Positions 25,421 to 39,557 of a stretch of DNA of 64,000 nt are shown here, in pieces. Origin of the DNA: Octopus sinensis (lineage: Eukaryota); assembly GCF_006345805.1 (NCBI RefSeq), contig NC_043019.1:16181360-16245359 (forward strand), written 5' to 3'. The position numbers and the translations under genes were made by a program. Numbering within the stretch: the first letter of the stretch is position 1; each line of letters begins with the position of its first letter. The notes below the pieces were generated by a model. That model saw nothing but the letters and a program-made list of their open reading frames with translations. It did not search any database and was not told the origin of the DNA.

Positions 25421-25566
25421 AAAAAAAAAGCAGTGAATGGTTAAGAAGCTCGCTTTGTAACCAGGTAGTTTCAGGTTCAGTCTCACTACGCGGCACATCA
25501 GCCTCGGAGAGACCAATATCTTGTCAGTGAATTTGGTTGACGGAAACTGTGTGGAAGCTCGTCACT

Positions 25567-25705
<139 letters not shown>

Positions 25706-25776
25706 GTCTGCCTGTCTGTCTGGCTATCTGTCTGTCTGTCTGGTTGGTTGGCTGTCTGTCTGGCTGTCTATCTGTC

Positions 25777-25808
<32 letters not shown>

Positions 25809-26109
25809 TGTATGTATGTATGTATGTATGTATGTATGTATGTATGTATGTATGTATCGCGCGGTTAAACCATTGGGAGTGAAGGACTCCTAGCCTTTAT
25901 TAGGGCATCCTTCTAAGAGAAGGTAACTCAGGTAATTGGGATAACTCCGACATAAAAAACCTGCGGCTCAGTGGTTACCGATGATGTTGACTTGTTCTTC
26001 TTTTTGGATTATGGCTGTTGTTGCTTAGTGAGTGGGATTGACTCATTGCACAGCCTTTCCTCACTTTAAAAAAAAATCTTGCACAGGCATTGCACGATAA
26101 CAACATTGA

Positions 26110-26440
26110 TTAAGCTTCGTGCAATGGCCATACTCGATAACGAGGGGGCAGCCACCATGCATGTATGTATGTATGTTATGTATGTATGTATGTATGTATG
26201 TATGTATGTATGTATGTATGTATGTATGTGTTTCTTTGTGTTGTACGCCCCACCACAGCTTGACAGCTAGTGTCAGTTTATTTACGTCCTCGTAACCTAG
26301 CAGTTTAGCAAAAGGAATCGATAAAATAAGTACCAGACTTTTAAAAAAATCAAAGAAACAAGTATCGATTTGTTCGATTAAAGTCTTCAAGATGGTGCCC
26401 CAGCATGGCCACAAGTTCAATGAGTGAAAGAAGTAAAAGA
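26110..26440 (+). mobile_element. RTE-like 3' terminus with (ATGT)n tail followed by a SINE A 3' half
   Basis: GGCCATACTCGATAACGAGGGGGCAGCCACCATG then (TATG)n, then CACCACAGCTTGACAGC...CCCCAGCATGGCCACA. Confidence 0.55.
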
Positions 26441-27339
26441 TGAAAGCATTGGGTCCAGTTTGGTTTGGTGCAAACCGAGAAAAGGGGCCGTGACAGTCAG
26501 GGAATAATCTAGGACGGGGACGACAGAGGCGATGGTCACGTCCGGCTGACGTTTCCAGGATAGCTTTCCCCTTAGGTTAGAAGTGACGATTGTGCTCGAA
26601 ACCTCGTCCCTAGAACTACTGTCTTGCCTGCAGGTTCGAACCGAACCCAAACCTCATATTTACCTGTCATCATTTCGGAGTCGATAAATAAAGTATCAGC
26701 TTGGCAGATCCTTCCTCCCCACAGCCTCCCTCCGGCGACTTGCGAATTACGTGAAAGTAACACTTCTTGTTTGCAGGTTCGAACCGAGCCCAATCCTCAT
26801 GCAAACTTCGACTGTTTGGTTCAGTGCCCCAGGAGGAACGATAAAAAGTGAATTGAGAGGACGTGTGCGTGTGTATGTGTGCGTGTGTGTATGTGTATGT
26901 GTATGCGCGTGCGCGTACATAATTTCACCAGAGACGGTGGGAAGGCGGGGAGTTGGTCAAACAACTGAATGCTTATTGATGTAATCGAAGGAGAATTGAA
27001 TTCTGTGTTGTTTAGATATATGTCCAAAGTGTTACATATGTATATATATGCATACACATATACATGTTTGTATGTACGTATATATATGTGTGTGTGTGTG
27101 TATGTATATAGTATTCAAACCACGTGTTTCTGGCATGTGTATCAGAAAAAAAGAGAAAGAGAAAGAGAGAAAGACAGAGACAGACAGACAGACAGACAAC
27201 TTCTGTTTGTGCGCGAGGGAGAGAGAGGGGGGGAGAGAGAGAGTTCTCGTGTGTTCGTTGTCCGTGTTTGTTTACTTGGAAAGAAAAGTCGTGATTCCGG
27301 GTGGGTGTAGTTGACATAACGTGGTGCTATTATCTAACT

Positions 27340-27800
27340 CCCTCCTCTATCAGCAGCCACGTGGTATCGGGGTAGCTGTTTACATGGGGTGGATCGTCGT
27401 AGATCGCAGCTACTGATTGGGGTAGTTCTAGATAGGCGTGGCTAATCTGACTGCTGACTATAGGGGTGGATCGGGATAGGAATGTTCCGCTGCTGTTTTG
27501 GGTGGCTACTGATTAGAAAGTTAGTTGCTAATAAGGGTGGCTGCTGAATGGCGTGTGTTGGAGGAGGTATGCGCACTGGAAAGGGGCGTGTCTTTCAGTA
27601 TCAGCGATTACTGTTAAATATCGCTGCTGACAAGGGTGGCTGAGAATATAGCTAGTTGCTGATAGGGATAACTGTTGATATGGCCATGGTGGGAGTGGCT
27701 TATGATAGTCTGATGACAGGCTTGGCTACCGATACAGTTTCTTGTTGATTAGTTTACTAATAACAGCTGTTAAAAGGGGTGGAGCCGTTGATAAGGGGTT
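27340..27800. repeat. Cryptic degenerate minisatellite (approximately GGGTGGCTRCTGATA units)
   Basis: Repeated GGGTGGCT(A/G)CTGA and GCTGATAGGG variants at roughly 15-25-nt spacing. Confidence 0.55.
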
Positions 27801-28647
27801 TATATATATATGTAAAAGTGGAGATAAGCCACGCTTGTTTAACGCCACGTCAACCATCAACGAAATAACTTTATGATCAAAGGCATTCCAAACGTGACCA
27901 TCTAGTATTTTTGTATATTTTAGGCACTACATTGTTCAATGTATATCTAGTAAGGTCAACAGCTCCCTATTTGAATCGGTCATGATATCACAAAACTTGA
28001 TTTTAAAGTTACTTAATAGATCCTCGGTGGTGCTGAAGTCAGACTTGGCCTCGGCCAATTTTTGGTTGAACTATGTTATCTAAGTTTAAGAGTAATTTGG
28101 CTGTTATTTCTAGCAGGCTAAGCTATTTATTTCAGTTTCCTCCCGTTGTTGCTGATGGTGATAGCTGCTGTTAGGGGTAAGTTTTGTCAAGGGTGGAAGA
28201 AGTGTTCTGACAATAGACGGGTGGTTTACAAAGCCCGTTTAGCTTCAGGTCACCGTTAACAAAGGAGGCGAAATAGCAGAGTCGTTAAAGCGTCGGACAG
28301 AAATGGTTCGTGATAGTCGTTCCGACTCTCGGCCCTATGAGTTCAAATCCCGCCGAAGCATGCTTTGCCGATTAATTTTTCGAGGTCGATAAAAAATAAA
28401 AAGAACCACCAAACTAAGACTGTGTATTGACGTAGTGTTTGTTTCACTTCTTTGCATTCAGAGTTCAAATCCCGCTATGGTATATTTGGTTTGTAGATTA
28501 AACCCGTTACCCTGGGTACTTTCGGTGAAGTATACACACCGTTGCGAGCATTTGGGCAAGCTTACCGGTCGGAGGATACTTTCCTTCCCCCACCCCACCC
28601 CCGCTCGAATCGGACTCTGAGGAGCTTCGTGGGTACCGCTCACCTTC

Positions 28648-28865
28648 TTACTCTTTTTTTACTCTTTTACCCGTTTTAGTCATTTGACTGCGACCATGCT
28701 GGAGCACCGCCTTTACTCGAACAAATCGACCCCAGGACTTATTCTTTCTAAGCCTAGTACTTATTCTATCGGACTCTTTCGCCGAATCGCTAAGTTTCGG
28801 GAACATAAACACACCAACATCAGTTGTCAAGCGATGGTGGGGGAGACAAACACAGACACAAAGAT

Positions 28866-28936
<71 letters not shown>

Positions 28937-29085
28937 CGACGGGCTTCTTTCAGTTTCCATCACAAGGCTTTGGTCGGCCCGAGGCAATAGCAGAAGGCAC
29001 TTGCCCAAGGTGTCACACAGTGGGACTGAACCCGGAACCATGTGGTTGAGAAGCAAGCTTTTTACCACACAGCCACTCCTGCGTC
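28648..29085 (-). mobile_element. SINE family A, full-length bipartite copy
   Basis: Head GACGCAGGAGTGGCTGTGTGGTAA...GGTTCCGGGTTCAGTCCC, internal (TA)n(TG)n, then the 3' half and AAAGAGT tail. Confidence 0.9.
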
Positions 29086-29789
29086 TTGAGTAAAAGATTA
29101 AAAAAACATCAGTTAAATCTATGATGAAAGGCGTTCCAGCCGTGACTATCCCATCATATATTTTTATATATTTGTGGACAAGATTATTCACTGTGCCTTT
29201 CCTGTTATTTAAGTCGAAAGAATATGATTAAGTGACATTTGACTGCTACTTCTAGCCGGTCGAAATATCGGGCGGGTAGAAGCGCCCCAGATATCAGGTG
29301 ACACAAAGACAATTACTGTTACGGGTGAGAGCGCAGACGACCGGATAACCCGGGTGGTATCGAATGGCAAAACTAAACGATGAGCACCTCGTACCCTATC
29401 ACCGGCAGATCATGGTTGTCGCTGTTGTTATTTAACCCCAGGCTAAAATACACCTGATGAAGTAGAATTGTGACCAAAGGTAATCCAACCGTGACTATCA
29501 CAAATTAAGTTAAGGAAGAAAGGTCATTGGAATGACCCGATGGGTGGGTGGGAGGTAGCATACCCTGAAAGCAGAGCTTTACCCAAAAGCTTGCGAGAGA
29601 GTGAAGACCACCACTAATGGTGCTCCAGGCCCCGGCTGGGGATATTAAACTGGGCAATGAATGAAGTTCACTACATAACAATTCAGAGACTCAAAGCTCT
29701 GGCTTTAATACCACAAGGTATCTCGTCCCACAAACAGTCAAACAATTCTTTTCAAACCACCGCCTAAGACTGGTCATTTGTTACATAGG

Positions 29790-30050
29790 TCCCCAATGAG
29801 TTGACTTCAGCCGGATTTGAACTCGGAGTGCTGAGAACCGGGAATAAATAAATTCGAAACGTCCTGCCTCATGCCCTAGCACTTCCGCTAATCTACCACC
29901 CTGTAAGACTGGTACTTTGTTGTTCTTTTTACCCCCAGAATAATGTACAGTAAAATTGAACTTAGCAGGATTTGAACTCAGAACGTAGAGAACCGGACAC
30001 AAACAGCGCAAGGCATCCAGTACTTCTGCCAATCTGCCACCCCAGAACCA
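29790..30050 (-). mobile_element. Two tandem SINE family B heads
   Basis: GGTGGCAGATTGGCAGAAG...CGTTCTGAGTTCAAATCC and GGTAGATTAGCGGAAG...CCGAGTTCAAATCCGG in tandem. Confidence 0.65.
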
Positions 30051-31161
30051 CATATGTCTCCTGCGTTTGTTAAGATGATGCGGTGTATTGTGAGTGAGAT
30101 CTATCTGTTGTTTCTAGCAGGTCAAGCAAGCGACCATCTAGAGGCCTTTGTCGTGAACTGACCACCGACATCTGTCGTCCATCTAACTCAGTAGCATAGC
30201 TCAGTGGAGGCGAGGAGACGCTTGCATTGTGGTGGTACTTTTGGGTCTGCCATATAAACCTGTATAGGCTTGGGGCCCTGCGGAGTGGTGAGTAACTCAA
30301 GGACTGTCCCGGGCCCCACACACCTTAGGTGCGTCACTGGGGAGACTGCACAGTGAGGCACAACAGGAGAAGGTTTCATTTATACTTTATATCTTTTTTC
30401 TTTTACCCTTGATTTCACCTGACTGGACATTGGTCACGCTATTGATTTCTGCTCATACAAGCGCTAAGTTAAATTTTTTTGCCCATAAGGGACTCAACTC
30501 TCCATTATATAAACCTAACTATTCCGAAAACCTATCCCTGTCTGCGCCCTTTCGGCTCAGACAATCACACAATACCACATCACCTCCTACTCACCGATAC
30601 AATGGCGATTCAAGTCGGCTCAAATTTATACCCCATAACCCTGTCAGTACACGTACTTCGCCCCACACCAGCTAGAAACCGATAAGCAGGTGACTCGGAC
30701 TGTATTGTTGGGCTCAACTCGGTCTCTCAGGTCCCGTAGCTGCATTACAACTGTTCACACAAAACAACAAATCCTACAGGCGCCCGGAGAATTTCACCTA
30801 TTCCTTAGAAATGGGCAGCGATGCAGCTCTTGTAAGAGTGTGCAAATGACCCCTTCGTGTGTTACATGACCCTCAGACTTTCCAGCTCATAAAACTACAG
30901 CCAAACTTGGAATAGCTCTCTTTTCTCCTCTTCTAAATAAAGCTGGTTCTGTAAGCTGTACTCCGGGAAGAAATATTCCGCCTTCACTGTCCGCTCTACA
31001 TCCAAGTTCACTCTTTTATGCACCGAACTCCTTAATTACACCCCCTTCGACGTTCATAGGAATAGATGCTGATAGAGGAATTTGACTGGGTGATGACAGG
31101 GGTACCGTGTTGATAGAGGCAGTGGTTGATACACACATACATACATACATACATACATACA

Positions 31162-31193
<32 letters not shown>

Positions 31194-31239
31194 CATGTGT
31201 GTGTATGTGTGTGTGTGAGTGTGTGTGTGTATGTATTAT

Positions 31240-31600
31240 CTTTTGCTTGTATCAATCATTGGACTGCGGTCATGCTGTAGCAAAGCCTAGAAAGGGTTCA
31301 GATGAGCAAATCGATCCATCTATTTATTTTCGAAGCCTAGTACTTATTCTATCGGTCTTCTTTGTCGAACCGCTAAGTTACGGGGGCCATACACAAACCA
31401 ACACCTGCTGTTGTGCAGTATGACACACCCACACACACATACGCGCGTGTGCGCACATCAACCAAATCCATTCACAAAGATTTGGGTCGGTCCGAGGCTG
31501 TAGTAGAAAACACTTGCCCAAGACACAACGCAGTAGTAATGAATCTGGAACCATGAGGTTGGTAAGCCAGCAAACCTCTTGGCACCCGGCCACGCCTGCT
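31240..31600 (-). mobile_element. SINE family A, diverged
   Basis: Both halves are recognisable (CTTGCCCAAG...GGAACCATG; CCGCTAAGTTACGGGG). Confidence 0.75.
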
Positions 31601-31710
31601 TAATTGAGCTCCCAGCCCGCTTTATGCGCAAAACGAAAATGAACTGAGAGAAGTAGCCATTGGCATTGACATAAAACGTATCTATGAAATAGCATTCTTC
31701 ATTTGTGGAA

Positions 31711-31800
31711 ATTATCATCGATTCAAGAGAAGAAATAAACAAATACCTAGTGGAATTGATGACGGAGAAAGACTGAGTCAGATTGCCTGCGGACTGGAGG

Positions 31801-31847
<47 letters not shown>

Positions 31848-32464
31848 ATATATATCAGCGGTGGTGCCCCAGCATAGCCGCGGTCTTCGGGCTGAAACAT
31901 TTTAAAGGATTTTCAGAATATATATACATATATATATATATACATATATATATACACACACACACACACATATATAGATATATACACACGCATATACCCA
32001 CACATATATTTACATATATACCATAGAAAGGTTTTGGCTAGTATTGGCCCAGGCCATGTCTAACTTAAAAGCACCACCTGACTAACATATGTAGTACATA
32101 TGTAGCTGTGTGTGTGTGTGTATTTGGACACAGGCACACCGACATACTGGCACAACCGCGCGCGCACACACACATGTTCGTAGAGAAGCTCTTTGTCCAG
32201 TCCGCAGGCAATCTGACTTTTACTTTTAGCCATGTTCTAAGTTTGGAGGAATCTTCATTCAAGTGATTATTTCCTCTCTCTAATTGGGTCCCTCAGATGG
32301 TGGGTAAACTGGAGGACCTGTCCCGGTCCCCAAACACTCCAGCAGCGTCACTGGGTTAACTGTAAAATGAGGCACAACCGGGGACACGACTTACACCCTC
32401 AGTCTTTCTCCGTCATCAATTCCACTAGGTATTTGTTTATTTCTTCTCTTGAATCGATGATAAT
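31711..32464. repeat. Inverted duplication (67-bp and 22-bp perfect matches) with a ~180-bp indel
   Basis: 31711-31777 is the reverse complement of 32398-32464, and 31776-31797 of 32197-32218; the intervening 32310-32380 resembles 30300-30370. Confidence 0.85.
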
Positions 32465-32692
32465 ATATATATATTATATATATATATATATACCAGAGTA
32501 AGCACATAAATGCGAAACAAGGTGGAAATAATAGTACTCGAATACCAGAGGTAGAGTAAATATGCTTTATTAAAAAGCAACAAAAATATCACAAAAGCTG
32601 TTACTCAGAGTTTCACGTATACACACACACACACATATATATGTGTATATATATATATATGTTTATGTATACATATATATATATATACATAC

Positions 32693-32758
<66 letters not shown>

Positions 32759-32794
32759 TACCATTCGCCATGATAGATCGCTAGCCACTACTCA

Positions 32795-32950
32795 TTCTTT
32801 ATTTTCTCTTCTTGTTTCTTTCTTTGTTTCTCTCTGTGGAAGAGCGTAGGCTCGAAACGTTAAATACTTTTCCCGAGCGATAAACCAATACACCTGTTTG
32901 TTGTCTACGCTACCTGTCTTCGCCTTTTGTCTTTCTTGTGAATTCTCTCC
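32795..32950 (+). mobile_element. Penelope-type terminal fragment with hammerhead-like motif (A6U variant)
   Basis: 32834-32861 reads CTGTGGA-A-GAGC-GTAG-GCTC-GAAAC-GTT; stem I is decayed. Confidence 0.6.
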
Positions 32951-33501
32951 ATACATACAAACATATATAAATTTATACAAATATGTATTATATATTTACA
33001 CACATACACACACAGATATATATATTGACAGCCTCTACACAACTGAATTTTGCCTTCGATCTACAGAGAGAGTGGGGAGGAGGGAGTGAGGGAAGGGTGG
33101 AATGGAAATCAAAACAAATCCGCCCCCACATCACACACACACACACACAGATGCAAGCCATCGCACTCGTATGACCTAGTTACTTTGTCTTTTAATATTG
33201 TTGTTGTTGTTCTTTATTCTTTGCGTTACCACGTGTAGATATGGCAACAAAATCGTAATTCCTGCTGCTGCTGCTGCTGTCTCTTCTGTCAACGCTGCTG
33301 CCGCTGCTGCCGCTGCTGCTTTCTTGTGATAAATCATCATATAACTTCCAGTATCAATAGCGCTAACAACAACAACAACGTCACCATCACCCCACCACTA
33401 TCGCTATCGCCCCCTCAGGCAGTAATAATTATACTAACAACCACCACCACAACAACAACAACGACGACGGTGAAATTCTAAACATTTTCGATGTTTGGAA
33501 T

Positions 33502-33601
33502 NNNNNNNNNNNNNNNNNNNNNNNNNNNNNNNNNNNNNNNNNNNNNNNNNNNNNNNNNNNNNNNNNNNNNNNNNNNNNNNNNNNNNNNNNNNNNNNNNNN
33601 N
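33502..33601. other. Assembly gap of exactly 100 N
   Basis: Direct observation; a round 100-N run usually marks a gap of unknown size. Confidence 1.
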
Positions 33602-33999
33602 GCAGATGAGGGCGGCTGCATCGAACTCTCTCATGCACCAAATAGCAATTGCTAAAAAGCATTCGTGAAGTAAAACCATGTAGCAACACCAAATGGCGGT
33701 GCCCCAGCATGGCCACAGCTCATAAGCTGAAACTAGAATCAATCAATCATATATATAAAGGTCACAATACATCTATTAAAGCGCTACTAATAGTTTCATA
33801 TGTTGAGAGAACTCAAACATATATTCTTCAGGCGCAAACCACATATCATAACGAACTAAATAAAAATTGAATAAAAAGAAGAAACGCGATGAAGCTGCGA
33901 AGGCAGTGTACAGGAAACGCAGACAGTAAACAACAGAAAACGAAAGTAAAGTGTCAAAAGCCAAAAAAGTGCTATCCTCCTTAGGCTGGAGATATCAAG

Positions 34000-34250
34000 C
34001 CAGTCAAGAAAAGGCGGAATTTTCCAATTCTTCAAAATATATTTATACATATGCATGCAACGACGGAATATTTCTAATCTAGATCTGAACAGGATCTGCG
34101 CTCTTCCAGCCAAAGAAAATCTACATTTATTCGATTCATTCACATGAGGTATAGAGTTCTCAGTTACCTTCCATTTAATCCCATGTGGCGTTTCGTTATC
34201 TTTCAAACTCCATACGTAGCTAGCCAACTTAGTAGCTTTACTTTTGTCCC
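34000..34250 (-). mobile_element. Penelope-like element, C-terminal end of the GIY-YIG endonuclease region, decayed
   Basis: KATKLASYVWSLKDNETPHGIKWKV...SNKCRFSL...RLEIFRRCMHMYKY matches the TxLSKYIWxLK...IKWKI...KRCxLC...ELxSKCRH pattern of PLE C-termini. Confidence 0.7.
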
Positions 34251-35014
34251 TATGTCGGAAGGAGGCGATGTGATTGGCATAACGATTTTGAAATTCTCCT
34301 TCACATAATCCAATATAGGTATTCTTATCAGTTGTACTATTATTTAGGGTTACAGTAACTTCTACCTCATATATGATAGATTTAATCTTACATCGTTGGT
34401 CAAGTGGACAAGATCTTCAGTAGGACTGAACCCAGAACCATGTGGTTGGTAAGCAAGCTACTTACCACACAGCCACTCCTATAAGAATAATATAACACAA
34501 GGATTGAAGATATCTGACTTTAATGGTGGATAACAACATTTGTTTCTGCACCTTACACCAGCTTTAATTTCCTGAGTTAATATTCATATGGCATTATACA
34601 AGATCATCTATAATAATAAATGCCAAAACGAATTTCTGTGTATCAGTGTGTCACACTTAGACCCGCTCTCTCACTAGTCAATGACACTTCTACTATTCCT
34701 CATGTTGGAGTGAGAGTAATAGTAGGTGAGGACGATAGTAGATTGATGGCTGTGATGGTAATGATGTGATAGTAATAGTATGAGCTGTAGTTGTGATAGA
34801 GTCGGAGGCGACGGTGATGGTGTTGGTGATGGTGGTGATGGTGATGGTGGTGGTAGCCGAGGCGGTCAGCGATGACGGTGATAGTGCGCGATGTGAAAAA
34901 CGGTGGTGATGGTAGAGGAGAGTAAGGTATTGATGGTGGTGGCCTCAGAATTCTGAATGGTGTTTGTATGGTAGTTGTGGTGGTGATGGTGGTGGTACTG
35001 GTGATGGTGATGGT

Positions 35015-35082
<68 letters not shown>

Positions 35083-35426
35083 TAGATAGAAAAAATTATA
35101 CTGACTACCGAATGGGAAGACAAACAATGTTGTTTATCAATCCGCTTCGCAATAAGTTCTAAGTCGACAAATTATTTCATTGTTTTGATGAAAATTGTTC
35201 ATTGCTTGAAAAATATTGGTCAAGTTTAATAAAATTTAATTTGTACTCAATGCCCTCCACAGGTCGGCTTTTAAGCTAGTTCTTTATTATAAATTTGAAT
35301 ATTTTTCAGCAATAACCGTGCGGGGGTTCCTCGACGGGTAGAATACGATATATACGTGTATATATATATGTGTGTGTATGTATGTATGTGTGTATGTATG
35401 TATGTATGTATGTATGTATGTATGTA

Positions 35427-35470
<44 letters not shown>

Positions 35471-35564
35471 TGTATGTATATATACACACATATACTTATA
35501 TAAATGTATGCATGTATATCTAACACACATATATATAATATATATCAGACATATATTTATTTGC

Positions 35565-35597
<33 letters not shown>

Positions 35598-36498
35598 TGT
35601 ATGTATGTATGTATGTATGCATGTATGCATGTATGCATGTATGTATGTATGTATGTATGTATGTATGTATGTATGTATGTACGTATGTATGCATGAGTGT
35701 ATGTATGTCTGTACTTAGAATGTAGGTAGGTTATTACAGATTATGATGTCCTAAAGACTAAGGCCCATAATTATTTGAGAATAAATAGTGTAATATCGTA
35801 CAAAAAGAGGTGGGAAAATAAGGCTCTTTAGTTTGAATAAAACGAAACAAAAGGCTAACTGATCCTAACTTAATAAAGGCGTTGAGGATTTCTTTTTGGG
35901 TTATTTGTAATTGTTTTATTTCCATCCGCTTCTTAAATTTTATTTAAAAATCTGTTACCGTCGACTTAATATGGCTTTCTTTGTTTGAACTGTTTAACCT
36001 CGTTTGATCCATGTCACATCGGAATTATCGCTGTATCGTCTGCTTTCCTTCAATTATCTCTCTGTTACATAAGGCGTCGGTAATGGCAGACGACTAAAAT
36101 TGATTGAGAGATTTAGCAGAGGAAGAGTGAGAGAGAGATACAGACAGACAGGGAAAGACAGAAAAAAAACAAAGAGAGATGTAGAGGGATAATGGGAGAG
36201 AAAAAAGGGGTAGTTCTGAACGATAATGGATGCGAAGAGAATGAAAAATTAATTTTGCTTTAAAATTTGATTGAAAAGATTGAGTTGGGAAAGGATAATT
36301 TACGAATGAAAAATAATGGAAATAATAAAAACGGAAATTATAAATCTAATAATTGATTTTCCATCATCGATGCAAAACCGTGAATTTTAATGAATTTGTC
36401 AACCTTAGTATATTACTAGTGTTTATTTTATCGTAAACTTAAAACAGTGTTTGTGATAGTGATAGGAACAACTGGGTATATCCGACTGAATCAATCCC

Positions 36499-36534
<36 letters not shown>

Positions 36535-36605
36535 CATTTTATACACACACAGATAGACAGACAGATAGATAGGTAGATAGATAGATAGATAGCTAGCTAG
36601 CTAGC

Positions 36606-36654
<49 letters not shown>

Positions 36655-36713
36655 TGATAGATAGAGAGAGAGAGAGAGAGAGAGATAGGTAGGTAGATAG
36701 ATAGGTAGGTAGG

Positions 36714-36784
<71 letters not shown>

Positions 36785-36811
36785 GTAGATAGATAGATAG
36801 ATAGATAGATA

Positions 36812-38028
36812 TGTTTCTTTATTAGCCACACAGGGCTGCACACAGATAGAACAAATTACAAGGTAGAGCTTTTCTTTTGAAGGGTTAAAAAAAAAATTTA
36901 AAAAAAGGGAAGGGGAGAGTTTCGATCAAAAGGGATCGTAAAAGGAGAGAAAGAGGACAAAAAAGGGGGGGGTTAAAAAAAAGGGGGAGAGGAAAAAAAA
37001 TTGATCAATAGGGATCGTTATCACAGAAATGTCAATATGAAGTGTAAAGGGGAGGACAGGTGAGGTTTACCCGTGGAAAGAAAAGCCTACGGAAAAGACC
37101 ACGGTAACCTCGGTCAATGAAGTCACATTTTATATTTCTTTTTTTTTTTTTTTGCAAATAAGCAACTCTCTGTTTTCGATTTCTGGGTTCATAGGACTAT
37201 GCTCAAGGTGGCTTCGTCATTCATACGTGCCATTCTTGCTACATTCACCCATCTTTTTTTAAAACATTCGCTAGACAAAACTTGCCTCTCTACTCTCACT
37301 TTCCTTTTCAAGTGGTACTTGAAGAAGTTGATGAGAGATTGACCAGAGAGGAAAGTGTTTGTCTCCAATCCTTTCAGACGCGTCCACCAGATAGATTCTT
37401 TCGCCATAGCCACAAGGATGATGAAAATAGCTCTTCCTTCCCGTTTGAAGGAAGGAGGCGTGACAATATTGACGATAGACTCAGCTGATAAACCGACTCG
37501 TCCCACACGTGACAGCAGTTGTTCGACATAAGCCACAGGTCGGAAATTGTTGGACACTGAACGAGTGCGTGCAGAACGGTTCGTCGCTCTGACCGCATCT
37601 CGGGCAGGTCGGCCCCGTGTTTCTCGAGCCGTGTTGTAGAGCTTATCCCAAACGGGTAGCGCTTCTCGGTAGCACTGCCAGGCCAGGGATCTCTGGAAGT
37701 TGTCCATGGGCCCTGGCCCGAAAGTCGTCCTGAACAGGCGGGTCAGGTACTCCTCGTCGACGTCCAGGTTCGCCCCGAGCTCGTCGTCGTACCTCCCCTC
37801 CACTAAACCCTATAGAATGCTTTGGTTGTGTTGAAGTCACTTAAGGTCGACCCAGGACGGCAGAGTTGCTTGAGAGCAACGCGACACTCGCGGTGCCATT
37901 CGCCCTTCCTCGGCCTCTTTTTGATCCACGACTGCAGTTCGGTCATGGAGACTAGCTGCGGGAAAGCGTGCCTCACAAACGGCGACCACACCTGTTCACC
38001 GTCGTCTACATAGAGCCAGAGATGTCGC

Positions 38029-38030
<2 letters not shown>
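36812..38030 (-). mobile_element. Tx1/L1-like LINE copy A: 5'-truncated ORF2 end plus 3' UTR, flanked by (GATA)n
   Basis: LRHLWL...TTKAFY...LAWQCYREALP...ETVLHALVQC...WWTRLKG...FFKYHLKRK...LSIVL* (stop at 37189); 3' UTR ends GTGGCTAATAAAGAAACA-(TATC)n. Confidence 0.85.
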
Positions 38031-38117
<87 letters not shown>

Positions 38118-38731
38118 TGTTTCTTTATTAGCCACACAGGGCTGCACACAGACGGGACAAATTACAAGGTAGAGCTTTTCTTTTGGGGATAAAAAAGGGG
38201 GTTTTCGATCAAAAGGGATCGTAAAAGGAAAGAAAGAGGAAAGCAAAGAAAAAAGGGGGGGGATAAAAATAAAAGGAAAAGGAAAAAATCGATCGATAGG
38301 GATCGTTATCACAGAAATGTCAATATAAAGTGTAAAGGGGCGGACAGGTGAGGTTTACCCGTGGAAAGAAAAGCTTACGGAAAAGACCAAGGTAACCTCA
38401 GTCAATGAAGTCACATGTTATATTTTTTTACAAATAAGCAACTCTCTGTATTAATTTTTACGGTTCATAGAATCATAGTCAAGGTGGCTTCGTCATTCAT
38501 ACGTGCCATCCTTGTTACATTCACCCATCTTTTTTTAAAACATTCACTAGACAAAACTTGTCTCTCTACTCTCACTTTCCTCTTCAAGTGATACTTGAAG
38601 AAGTTGATGAGAAAAGGAAAGTGTTTGTCTCTAATCCTTTCAGGCGCGTCCACCAGATACATTCTTTCGCCATAGCCACAAGTATGATAAAAATAGCTCT
38701 TCCTTCCCGTTTGAAGGAAGGAGGCGTGACG
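38118..38731 (-). mobile_element. Tx1/L1-like LINE copy B, flanked by (GATA)n
   Basis: Same C-terminus ([28 protein letters not shown]) and the same 3' UTR and AATAAA end as copy A. Confidence 0.85.
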
Positions 38732-38817
<86 letters not shown>

Positions 38818-38866
38818 GTAGGTAGGTAGGTAGATAGATAGATAGATAGGTAGGTAGGTAGGTAGG

Positions 38867-38913
<47 letters not shown>

Positions 38914-38934
38914 GTAGGTAGGTAGGTAGGTAGG

Positions 38935-38989
<55 letters not shown>

Positions 38990-39018
38990 GTAGGTAGGTA
39001 GGTAGGTAGGTAGGTAGG

Positions 39019-39053
<35 letters not shown>

Positions 39054-39070
39054 GTAGGTAGGTAGGTAGG

Positions 39071-39125
<55 letters not shown>

Positions 39126-39130
39126 GTAGG

Positions 39131-39169
<39 letters not shown>

Positions 39170-39174
39170 GTAGG

Positions 39175-39206
<32 letters not shown>

Positions 39207-39207
39207 C

Positions 39208-39250
<43 letters not shown>

Positions 39251-39275
39251 CAGATAGATAGATAGATAGATAGAC

Positions 39276-39353
<78 letters not shown>

Positions 39354-39358
39354 GTAGG

Positions 39359-39402
<44 letters not shown>

Positions 39403-39403
39403 C

Positions 39404-39485
<82 letters not shown>

Positions 39486-39490
39486 GTAGG

Positions 39491-39522
<32 letters not shown>

Positions 39523-39523
39523 C

Positions 39524-39556
<33 letters not shown>
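38732..39556. repeat. ~825-bp (GATA)n/(GGTA)n microsatellite
   Basis: Direct observation; source of the 399-aa and 358-aa YLSI-repeat ORFs. Confidence 0.95.

Positions 39557-39557
<1 letters not shown>

Noticed and set aside
29450-29500. CTGATGA as a further hammerhead core (also near 47927)
   Set aside because: No paired stem II followed by GAAA-stem III-UH in the required order.
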